A program made the position numbers and the translations under genes. A stretch of DNA of 64,000 bases, from the NCBI RefSeq assembly GCF_006345805.1, contig NC_042998.1, positions 38,874,001 to 38,938,000 of the forward strand. The letters run 5' to 3'. Below, one piece after another: positions 25,046 through 36,500 of this stretch. Below the pieces are notes generated by a model. The model had not been told where the DNA came from. It did no database searches and saw only the letters and a program-made list of their open reading frames with translations. Each line of letters opens with the position of its first letter. The stretch's first letter is position 1. The stretch is from Octopus sinensis. Lineage: Eukaryota.

Positions 25046-26006
25046 TATATACTCTTGTGTGCGTGTGTGTGTATGTATGCTTCTTTGTATATAGCTGAGC
25101 GTGAAAATGTGTGCGTTTGTGTGCAGTGTGTTTGTATTGAATTAGTTTTCTCAAAGTACAAATTAACTCCAATGTGAGGAATGTTGAGGTTTCGGCTGGT
25201 GCTAGTAATATGCAAATTATTACACTTAGTTTATTCACACCAATTCTGTATTTTCGATCTTCTGATCACGTGACATTGATTATCGCACAAACTTTCAATT
25301 TTCTGCTCATTTTTTGCTTCAATGATTCCCATGATAGTAACATATGCATACATATATGTGAAAGTGTCTGTGTGTGTCTGTATACATAGAGGTTGTTGGA
25401 TTAATAAATATATACATAAAATATCTATATATATGCACACATACATATACACACATACTCACGCACACATACACATATAGTCATATATTTGGTTGCAATA
25501 TTAAGTTTTCTTTGCACCGTTGCGGCAACACAGCCATACACACAGAACTGCTTTTTGATTGCATTATCCTTCAAAGATTAAAAACTTAATTTTCTTCCTA
25601 CTAATTACTGTTAATGAGATAGGTCACTCTGTTCTGTTTGCATGATAACATCTCGTAGCTAGAAGATACTAAAATATGCAAGTAGCTGCAATAGAAATGA
25701 CACGATAAACATCGTGTCATTCAAAATGTCGGTTCAGATAAACGTCTAAACTGACACACCATTCCAACACTATTGATTGTTTTCACTTCATTCTATTAGC
25801 TTTGTAATATTTGCTTCTTTATTATTCAATTGTGTTTTGTGTGTTTAGTTCAATTCTATATCTTCATTTATTATTATTATTATTATTATTGAGTAAGAGA
25901 GCAGTGCATGCCATCAAAGTGACACTGGGGTAAAATATACGAAGCCCAGTATACCCATCATGACTACCCGTCTGATAAGGGTACACCAGGCACATGCATC
26001 ACAACC

Positions 26007-26078
<72 letters not shown>

Positions 26079-26094
26079 CTTATTGTCTTTTCAC

Positions 26095-26247
26095 ATCTTG
26101 TAATGCAGGAGATGTACTACCGTGCTACTTGTTCACTATCAGTGAACTAAGGTAATACCTCTTATTTTTCGAGCACCATCTAGAGTATTCGAATGGTTCC
26201 AAGCAGTGCTGTTTCTTGCAAGTGCACATATATATATACACACACAT

Positions 26248-26341
<94 letters not shown>

Positions 26342-26775
26342 GTATATATATATATACACACATACACATATACAGCGCCCCCAAACCGGCTCTGCTGTGG
26401 ACAGTTAAAATTTTGAGATTGGTAATTGGATGTTTAATGTTTTCCACCATAATTAACAGCCAAATATCAAAGCTCATAATGGTGCAGTAGACCCTGTGAG
26501 ACCTCTGACAACAGGCTGCTGTCCGCTCTCACAGATTCAACCAGAGCAATGAAGACCGAGCGCTGTGAGAAGTAAAACAAGAACGATGATGGTGATGATG
26601 ATGATGATGATGATGATGATAATGGTGTGTTAGTCTTGAAGAGATGCAAAATCAAATGTATGGACGGGCTAGCGATACCGTCGGTGAGAGGTAGTGAAGC
26701 AGATAAAAGAGACGGGCTATAAGTACTTAGAGAAATTGGAAATGGATAAATTGATAGAGAAAGAAATGACAGAAA
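26095..26775. mobile_element. Three short R4/Dong-like fragments: 3' end 26095-26223 (-) next to (ATT)n; 3' end 26357-26583 (+) before (GAT)n; post-RT piece 26625-26775 (+)
   Basis: 26095-26223 matches 11640-11760; KPALLWTVKILR resembles QKTALLGTA.ILR; [12 protein letters not shown] resembles the YKYLG motif. Confidence 0.75.
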
Positions 26776-26824
26776 AAAAAAATATATGTATGTATATGTA
26801 TATATATATATGTATATATATATG

Positions 26825-26861
<37 letters not shown>

Positions 26862-26902
26862 GTATGTATGTATATGTATATGTATATATGTGTATTTATA
26901 TG

Positions 26903-26955
<53 letters not shown>

Positions 26956-27063
26956 GTGTTGTGTGTGTGTGTGTAATATTTATATTAAAGACTTATTATA
27001 CATAAATGCCTCACCCTACGAGGTACTCTTAAAGTCAAAACTACCATAATAAACACATTGTAC

Positions 27064-27722
27064 CGTGAGTTATAGAGCAACAAATTCCTACAGAGTATTT
27101 TTACATACTGAACACTACTTGGTAAAATTAATTAATAATTAATTAATTTTACCCTTTTATTATTGATAATATAATTCTCTCTCCCTGATATTAAACTACA
27201 GTTCTCTCTGTAGGAATTCGTTGCTCTATAACTCACGTGGGTGGAAGGGGAAGAATGCAAAGCCTCATTTGTACTTTTTGAATTCGTTAGTACTAGCGGT
27301 TGAAGATGGTTTGTCTGGGTTTACTCATATCAGACGGGTACGATTTTTAGTGCTCTCAAATCCAAATCCAGAGAAATCTTGAGCTGACGAAGGAAATGTT
27401 GATCTTTATATTCAACTAATCCAGAAACGGTCGTTTTCAAGTAATCGATGTACGTGTGATCTTTCGTTATTTTTTCCTCTATACCTACGTGAATTATTTT
27501 TGAGTATACATTGTCTGGGAGACTTTTCTTATAGTAGAAGAAATAGCTAAGATTTTTTGGCTGCTGTTTCTAAAAGTTCAGTGTGTGGTAAAGTAAATTA
27601 TTTTACTGAACCCTAATTATATAACGTAATGTTTTAAATATACCGTAAATGGTCTTTTTACATACTGAACACTACTTGCTAAAATTAATTAATAATTAAT
27701 TAATTTTACCCTTTTATTATTG

Positions 27723-27723
<1 letters not shown>
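27064..27723 (+). mobile_element. Repeat family F: PLE pseudo-LTR-like unit with terminal direct repeat, 5' inversion and hammerhead
   Basis: ~70-bp direct repeat 27098-27167 / 27655-27724 (offset 557); 32-bp inverted repeat 27064-27095 / 27206-27237; HHR CTGACGA 27384 .. GAAACGGTC 27424-27432; ends in (TA)n. Confidence 0.8.
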
Positions 27724-27777
<54 letters not shown>

Positions 27778-27883
27778 ATGTGTATGTATATGTGTATGTA
27801 TATGTGTATGTATATGTATATGTATATGTGTATGTATATGTATATGTATATATATATGTATGTATATGTATATGTGTATATAC

Positions 27884-27920
<37 letters not shown>

Positions 27921-28792
27921 ATTGAAATGGTGTGTGTGTGAGAGAGAGAGAATGAGAGAGAGATAATGCATACAAAATTGAAATAACCAAACACTACTAC
28001 GATATATCTGTGACAAATTATGGCTTGTCTCGCATCTACTCTTTCTATTTAGAATTCACTTCTGCATTTTATAGACAATCATACTTCAAGAGTTTAGGCA
28101 GTGTCCCCTTGTGCTATTCCGTTCCAATGAAGCACTCGGCTGTAAACTTGTGTTTGTGATTCACTGATGATCGTACTGTGAAGAGGTGCAAGAACCATGC
28201 AACGCCGAACGTTTTCAAATATTTCGTTTTTAATAAACACCCGGCGGGTGTGATTTCAGTCTCATCAAAGACAAAGTGCTTTTGACAAGCCAATCCAAAA
28301 TTGATTATACAAGTGTTAAGAATCACAAATTTGGTGAATGACTACAAGGATTTATTGGAATCTCACACTGAGCATTTTCTAAAGCCACGCAGATTTATTC
28401 GGATTAAATTTGACATTGGTATCTGTAATAACAGTTACCAGATGGATATTAGCAGAAAATTGCAAAATAAAACAAAAAAAAAACAGCACAAAACGTTCAT
28501 CATTGCAAGGAGAAAACGGTAAATTTCCCCAAAATTACTAATCATTGCCAGAGGGAGAATATTGCAAAATAATTCAAGACAACATCAAATGTGTGTCATA
28601 GAAACCGAATACGTAATGTGTGGACAATGAATCTGTGTTGTTATATCGAAATAGTCACATTTACATAGAAGTGTGTACGCTTGAACGCAGATATGTATAC
28701 TGTGCACTTATTGTATGCAAATCATCTACACCTAGATATTGATGTGTGTGTTGTGTGTGTGTATACGTTCTCTTGTAATATTTGCTAGAATA

Positions 28793-29002
28793 AAGGCGGT
28801 GTGCTGGCAGAATCGTTAGCATGCCGGGAAAAATGCTTAGCAGCGTTTTTTCCGTCCTGAGTTCAAATTCCACCGAGACTGACTTCGTCTTTCACCCGTT
28901 CAGAATCGATAGAATAAATACAAGTTGAGTACTGGGGTCGATATAATCGGCTTACCCCTCCCTCTGAATTTGCCAGTTGTGGGCCAAAATTTGAAACCAA
29001 TA
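28793..29002 (+). mobile_element. SINE family A, near full length
   Basis: AGGCGG..CTGGCAGAATCGTTAGC, GAGTTCAAATTCC, CTGGGGTCGATATAATCG, AAAATTTGAAACCA. Confidence 0.9.
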
Positions 29003-29039
29003 TTTTCTAGAATATAACCAAATTGAATTTCGATAGATA

Positions 29040-29220
29040 ACTTTCTTTATTGGCCACACAGGGTTGAATACAGAGGGGACAAACACAAATGTAGAGCTTT
29101 TCTTTTCGAAGATGGAAAAAGAAAAAAAGAACAAAAAAGGAAACAAATGTAAAATTCCGATCAAAAGGGATCGGGGAAAAAAAATAAAAGAAACCGATCA
29201 AAAGGGATCGTGTATCACAG
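29040..29220 (-). mobile_element. Probable LINE 3' end sharing tail 1 of SINE family A
   Basis: TTTGTCCCCTCTGTATTCAACCCTGTGTGGCCAATAAAGAAAG resembles the SINE tail but is preceded by non-SINE sequence with duplicated CGATCCCTTTTGATCGG. Confidence 0.5.
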
Positions 29221-29947
29221 AAACGAATTTTTTTTTAAAGTAAGAAACAAGATTAGGTTCAACCGTGGCAAGAAAAGCCTACAGAAGAGACCACGGTAAC
29301 CTCAGGCAGGGAGGAAATAAACACATGAGAGCAAAGTGCGCTCTCTCTCTCTCTCTCTCTTTTAACAATTTACAGGATGATGCTGAAAGTTGTTTCGTCA
29401 ATCTTTGCTACATTCACCCACCTTTTTTTGAAACTTTCGCGAGATAGATAGATAGATAGATAGATGGATGGACGGATGGACGGACGGACGGACGGACGGA
29501 CACACACACACACATCTATTAGGTTTCACATATAATGCTGGAGTTGGCAAATATCTGACCTATAAAGATATAACAAAGCCAATTTTAGATTTCAAGTGAA
29601 ACAGATAACCTTAACTGATCTCCTTCATTATGACTGATTAAGTAAAAACACCAACGGAATTAATTTGGCTATTTATCTCAACGAAACGAACTTAATTATT
29701 TTACCCTCTCTTAATTAAAATTTCTCAAAATAAAATCTTAACGATAATAAAATCAATAAAGTGCGTACGCCGAAAAGATCGTTTCTGTATGTGTGTGTGT
29801 GTGTGCGAGAGAGAGAGAGAGAAAATATATGACTATATTAATGTAATTCGGAATTATATGTTGATTTCAAATATTTGCACAAGGACAGCAATTTGGGGGT
29901 AGTGAGTAAGTCGATTACATCGACCCGTGCTCAACTAGTACAATTCT

Positions 29948-30185
29948 ACGGGCATATGGCGTAGTGGTTAAGAACGCCGGCTACTAACCCCAAGGTTTCG
30001 AGTTCGATTCCAGGCAGTGACCTGAATAATAATAATAATAATAATAACAACAGCAACATCGAAAAATACCTTAGGAATGAGAACCCAGGTTCGAAATTTC
30101 CCCAAGACACCTGATGAAGGCTGGAGGGTAGATCAACCGAAACAAACAAGATGAGGACAGATATCCGTCAATTGAAAATAATGTA
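29948..30185 (+). mobile_element. SINE family D (tRNA head + HHR-bearing tail) nested inside a minus-strand family A copy (29862-30290)
   Basis: A and B boxes; GACAC-CTGATGA-A-GGCTG..CAACC-GAAAC at 30106-30143; family A sequence resumes on both sides. Confidence 0.88.
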
Positions 30186-30310
30186 TTACATATTTTATCG
30201 AACCCTCAGAGGATAAAAGGCAAAGTCGACCTCAGTGGAATTTGAACTCAGAATGTAAAATCGAAAGAAATGTTAAACATTTTGCCACATTACGGTATTA
30301 AATGTATATT

Positions 30311-30978
30311 CCTTTCTACTCTAGGCACAAGGCCCGAAATCTGGGGGGAGGAGGCTAGTCAGTTATATCGACCCCTGTACGGAACTGGTACCTAATTTAT
30401 CGACCCCGAAAAGATGAAAGACAAAGTCGACCTCGGCGGAATTTGAACTCAGAACGTAACGGCAGACGAAATACCTATTTCTTTACTGCCCACAAGGAGC
30501 TAAACACAGTGAGGACAAACAAGGACAGACAAACGGATCAAGTCGACTACATCGACCCCAGTGTGTAACTGGTACTTAATTTATCGACCCCGAAAGGATG
30601 AAAGGCAAAGTCGACCTCGGCGGAATTTGAACTCAGAACGTAACGGCAGACGAAATACCGCTAAGCATTTCGCCCGGCGTGCAAACGATTCTGCCAGCTC
30701 GCCGCCTTGAATTAAATATATATTACTAATAAATATTGCGTGCTAACTACTTATTATTTCAAGGCACTAAGGTGGCGAGCTTGTAGAATGGTTACCACGT
30801 TGGGTAAAATGCTTAGCGGCATTTCGTCCGTCTCTTCATGTTCTGAGTTCAAATTCCGTCGAGGTCGACTTTGCCCTTCATCATTTCGGAGTCGATAAAA
30901 TAAGTACCAGCTGAATACTGAGGTCGATGTAATCGACTTGTCCCTCTCCTGGTCTTGTGCCAAAATTCGAAACCATTA
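30311..30978. mobile_element. Dimeric SINE A (30311-30708, -) and a divergent SINE A (30769-30978, +)
   Basis: Family A motifs in head-to-head orientation. Confidence 0.9.
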
Positions 30979-31912
30979 TTTCAAGGAAATAGATTTCTAC
31001 ATATTTAAATAATGAAATAGCAAAACGTCAAGAAACAAGAACGGTAAACATATGGTTGAAAGTTAGGACTTTAGTGACGTGAATATTCTCTGTAATCATT
31101 ATGAAGTTCTGAATTGCTGAGAGAAATATAAAAAAATCATGAATCCTTAATTACAGCCTCACTCTGATGTACGGAAAGGTGTTTTTGATTGAAGGTTATG
31201 CTGAATATGCAATTTATAAAGAAACACTAATTTTGGTAGCTCTGCATAAACAACACTCTTAAAACTTACGTATTTACCGTGGAATTTTCACGGATACCTA
31301 GACTAAATTTTATGATCAGCGTTATTATGATTATCACCACGTTTATAATTATCAAAATCATTATCATCAACATCATCATTACCCATCATCATACTCATCA
31401 TCATTATTTTTATTATCATTGTTTCATTTATGCACATCAGATTAAACTGTTCGAACGAAATCCTAATATCGGCCCACAACAACAACCTTCCTACGTGTCC
31501 GAGTTGTTTTATAGAGCTGCACTAAAATAGCTCTTGTGTCTGTTTTCTTTAAAATAGCATACCTTTAAAGAAAATGCCATTCAGATACTCAAATACCATG
31601 GTTTTGGGTTCTGTACGTCTTCATTTTGTATCCATTTCCTCGCCTACTGTAGTTTTTCTGGTACTTGGTGCCTTCTGGCGGTTGAATTCAGACTTTAGCT
31701 CCTATTTCTAAACAGGCGAATGCTTTTCCTGCATCCTCATGCCTTGTGCTAACTTTAAATTTTATATCAATATAATGCTATTAGACCGGTTGAACCGCCT
31801 GTGTTGCTGCTGTTAATATCATCAATTTAAAACATTCACCGCAGATGATGTTAACAATAGTAACATCTTACTTCCAGTGTAGACACTCAAATGTTTTTGC
31901 TCGTATATATAC

Positions 31913-31963
<51 letters not shown>

Positions 31964-32002
31964 TGAGAAAGTTGGTTTGTGAAAGCACGTGGTTGAATAT
32001 AT

Positions 32003-32158
32003 AGAAAATAGTAAAAAGTGCAAAAACTACAGAAGGCTTGTTTTAAAAGGTTAAAAAATATATATTTGAGTCAATATTTGAGTCAGACATATTGACTCAA
32101 ATATATATTTTTTAACCTTTTAAAACCAGCCTTCTGTAGTTTTTTTCACTTTTTACTA

Positions 32159-32164
<6 letters not shown>
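32003..32164. repeat. Inverted repeat, ~75-bp arms with 11-bp spacer
   Basis: AGAAAATAGTAAAAAGTG..TTTGAGTCAATAT / ATATTGACTCAAA..CACTTTTTACTATTTTCT. Confidence 0.9.
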
Positions 32165-32206
<42 letters not shown>

Positions 32207-32224
32207 TATATATATATATATTGC

Positions 32225-32537
32225 ACCATGAAGATCGGCTTGGCGCAAAACAAGCCATAACATTTCTTCAAGTACTTCACCTCTTTAATTTTTCCTTTCT
32301 TTACACAATTATCAATTTTGACGACACCCGAATTTTTCACATGTTTCCAAAATAGTCCAACAGTATTGTTTAAATACCACCCTAAGCTGTTTTCCTCTGC
32401 TTTTATATCATTCTGACAGCTATTCGAACCCCTCTCACCCTTTCTTTTGGACAATTACAACCTATCAGTGTCACTCTTGGTACGGAATGCATCGTGCATT
32501 GTCAATATTTTCCGTTTCTTCTGATAATAATAATAAC

Positions 32538-32585
<48 letters not shown>

Positions 32586-33243
32586 CAGAAAAGACAACAC
32601 ATCAGAAAGTGATAAGTGCAGAATCAGAATAGACAAAACAACAGAAAGTGATAAATGCAGAATTTGTGGGCAAATGGTAAAACTGTATGACATATTACCA
32701 GTCAATGTACGCCACTAGCCCAGAAGGAATATAAGAAACGATACGACAATATAGCAGGGATTGTCCATTGGACACTTTGCAACAAGCATGAACTTGACAA
32801 AGCAAAACAGTGGTACGAACTGAAATTCGAAGGCATCATCGGAAATGTTAATGTAACGATCCTATGGGATTTTATGATTCAGTGCAACCATGAAATAGAG
32901 AATAGGAAGCCAGACATAGTGTTAATTGAGAAAGAAAGCAAACTGTGTTGGATCATAGACATAGCATGCCCAGCTGTCAACAAGGTATACGATAAGGAAG
33001 AAAGAAAAGTCGATATTTATGACAAGTTAGCTTGGGAGGTTAAGCAGATGTGCAAAAAATCTCGAGAAATACGTGGAAGAAATAGGGGTTGCAATAAGGG
33101 TGGAGCACTTGCAGAAAACAGCACTGCTTGGAACCCCTTGAACACTCCGGAAGGTGCTTGAAAAATAAGAGGTGTTACTGTAGTTCACTGGTAGTGAACA
33201 GCTGACATCGTAGTACATCTCCAGCGTTAGAATCTGTGCAAAG

Positions 33244-33297
<54 letters not shown>

Positions 33298-33575
33298 GCA
33301 AAGTACCGGGACCTAACGCTTGAATTACAGAGACTATGGAAAGTGCTGATAAAATGCATCCCATAAATCTTGGATGCGTTAGAAACTATCCCTAAAGATT
33401 TGAACAGATGCGTAGAGGGAATAGGCGTAAAACCAGTTTAGCGCAGCTGCAGAAAACAGTGTTATTAGGGACAGCTAGGATACTTAGATGGGTTCTTGGT
33501 ATCTAAATTTATATGTTGTAGCTCGATGTCAGGTATTTTTCTTTTCCAATAGTTTAATCTGTTGTGTGTATATGA
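32225..33575. mobile_element. R4/Dong-like cluster: minus fragment 32225-32522, (AAT)n, plus 3' end 32583-33243, (AAT)n, second-family 3' end 33298-33575
   Basis: SDKCRICGQ, KPDIVLIEKE..WIIDIACP; KYRDLTLELQRLWK..LQKTVLLGTARILRWVL; KAEENSLGWY. Confidence 0.9.
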
Positions 33576-36500
33576 ATATTGATTCTTTGCAGGGTTCTTG
33601 AAGCATGACTAGTAAACAAGTGTCACCTTAGTCTCCACGCTGTAGGCAGCTGACACTTTCCATCATGCCCAGCAAAATAAGCTGAAAGTTTTCATCAAAT
33701 ATTAATATTAATATTAATAAAAATAACAACACTAGGGTCGATGTAATCGACTAGTTCTCTCCCCCAAAATTTTAAGCCTTGTACCTTTAGTAGAAAGGAC
33801 TACTTCTACTACTACTACTGTTATTAATTATCATCATTATTAATATTATGTCGTGACTACATCTGAGGTTATGGTTTTGTCTTTATGTTAGAAACATGTC
33901 AAAGTAGCAGAAATGGTGTTGCGCTGTGTGCGTTTATATTCTCAATTCAAACCCTGTTGGAATTGCTTAATCGTTATTTGCGGAAAAGTAAATTGTATGT
34001 ATAACTTATATTCAATCGTTTTGCTTTTCATTTTTCAAACAAAACCTTTAAGATTTCAGTCTGAGCGTACCGGACTTCTGACCATAATATCATTTTTTGT
34101 TTATCGATTTCTTTAACTTCCGTGCGTGTGTGTGTGTGTTTGTTTTGTGTGCGCGTGTGTATGTTTGTGTGCGCGTGTGTATGTTTATGTGTGTGTGTGT
34201 GTGTGGTCGGGTATGTATGAAAAGATTCAACAAAATTTACGATGTGAATTATAGTAAAAGTAAAATGGAAAATACACGGAAATTTTTATGATGAAAATAT
34301 ATTTTTGAACTAAAAATGTCTACATAATCGACCATTTTCACTTGTTTAAGTTATTCATTATGGAGCAATTAGTGGTGATGTTTTAATTTCATGCCTACCA
34401 TAATAAGAACAAGTAATGATCATCTCTAACTGTTCAGTCACGAATAGCTGAAACAACCAAAACTGGTCGAATACGTAAACTTTATTTATTTCATAAATAT
34501 ATTATTTTTTCAGCCTAGAAGTTTCAGTGCATTTCGCATTCTTTAAGAGATGAGTTTCCCTCTCTCACTCTGCCGACACAGGCTGGTTTCTCTGTATCTA
34601 ACTTCTGATTTACGCTGTGTTGTGCATAATTTGATATTGTTAATGACAAGCCTACAAAAGTTAAAATATGCAAGTCAGGCTATTTATCCCCAATGCCAGC
34701 CCAGTTTATAACTGTTCTATAAAGGAAACCATTTATGTTCTGTCTGTGTAATGGTCAGTAAACCGTTAAAGAATCTGTCGGAGTTGGGGATATTTCAACT
34801 TTCTACTGCTCATCAATAACATAGAAAAAATGCATTTACACTTTTATTTATAGCGAGATTTTACAATGTTTTAGCTTATTTTAGTTTTTTTCTGATTTAC
34901 GCTGTGTCGTTCATAAATATATATTTAATAATTTGTGACGTGTCATGAAAGGCCTGTCAAGCTATTTTCCACAAGTGTTTGCCTGATTCGTGACTGCTTT
35001 GGCAACTGTTGATGTGAGTTATTCTATGGGAAAGGAATCCAGTTACGTTTTCTCTGAACAACGGGAATCAAAGGAAGTCATAAAGGTATTGTGGGAATGT
35101 TAGAAAGAAGAGAAGGGAGAGAATGAACAGGAGTAAGAAGGGAAAATGAGAGAGTAACAGAGGGAGGGAAGACGAGAAATAAGGCGAAATGAGCAGAAGG
35201 GCTGGACGCTAAAAATTAACATAAATGTAGAATAAAAACTTTTGAGTGAGATTTCTATTAAGTAGGGAAAACGACAGACGTAAAACATTTAAAACAAAGA
35301 GGACGGGATAGAAACAAGGTCATCATACTTTTCCATCAGTTGCCAAGTGTCAATGCAGTTTTGTCACATTGATCAACAGAATTTCTACTTGTCCCAACAC
35401 ACCCGAAGTTTGGAGTCAAGATAGCATGACAGATTGACAACAATTTTACCAAATGAAACGAAAATTTAGCAGGTCACTGATGAAGCTAGGGTATGCGTCT
35501 CCAGAAGTATACCCGATTATGGGGGGAACTTAATCGGATGTTCAGATGACTGAAAAACTGAATGTTGATCGTCGAAACTGATAAGGGTTCCATAATTTCT
35601 TTTATCATTTTACACAAAGATGATAAAGAAATCAGCGAAATTTAGGGATTAGAAAATGAAGCCATTTGAGATCTTTCTTCCTCGTCGATTGGCAATAAAT
35701 ACCCTGACACTGTTGTCGTTAAAAATCTGTAATTAACACAATTGTGCTAATTACAGTAAAAACAGATAAAGTAGAATATGGGATCAATGAACACTTAATA
35801 ATTAGTATAGAGTGCAGTTGGTAATTAATAAAGATACCTCTGGTAATAAATACAAAATATGAACATTTTTATCCTGACAAGATCTTGAAATTATTCTCAT
35901 TTCTTAATTTCTTTTGTAATGGAAATCACTACCATTTCTGTGCAACTTGTTGTAAAACAGGCCTCGAGCAACCACTTTGTATGCTGGGAGTTAGAAAAAT
36001 AAAAGACAAAAAAAATCTAATTAAAACATATCCCGAGAATCATTTAACGATGAACGCATTCATATGTTAAACACACATTTCACAAGTCACATTGGAAAGC
36101 AAGCAATATGATATATTACGATATCTATTTTCTTTCATAAATATGCTCATTTATATTTTATTCCTGCGATTGCTGATTATCTTCAAGCTTAGCCTTTTAC
36201 TATGAATTAACTACGTACAAAAAAGAATATAATTTGTAACGAGTATCTTTTCAAACGTTTAGCACAGTTCTTCTGTTGTGAATATTAGATTTCCTTCAGT
36301 AGTTTCTTTTCTGCGAACAAGGGAAAATGAATCCCGTACCCCTTTGAAAAAAATCAATATTTCTAATTAATTTGCGAGTATATTGATTTAAAATGTTATT
36401 ATATGTTACGTGCAATGCAGAAGACAGCGCAATATATCAATATTCGTTTAAAGTAACTAATTATATATTAACTGTTTCTCAATTTCCTGAATATTTTTTT

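Noticed and set aside
29950-30022. Functional tRNA genes at SINE heads (also 2135 and 56179)
   Set aside because: A/B boxes are present but acceptor stems are poor, and each head runs into a SINE body
34603-35050. Old ~287-bp direct duplication starting TTCTGATTTACGCTGTGT
   Set aside because: Highly diverged, with no ribozyme or coding signal
35477-35580. CTGATGA followed by a GGGTAT/ATACCC hairpin
   Set aside because: No GAAA directly after the stem and no stem I or III
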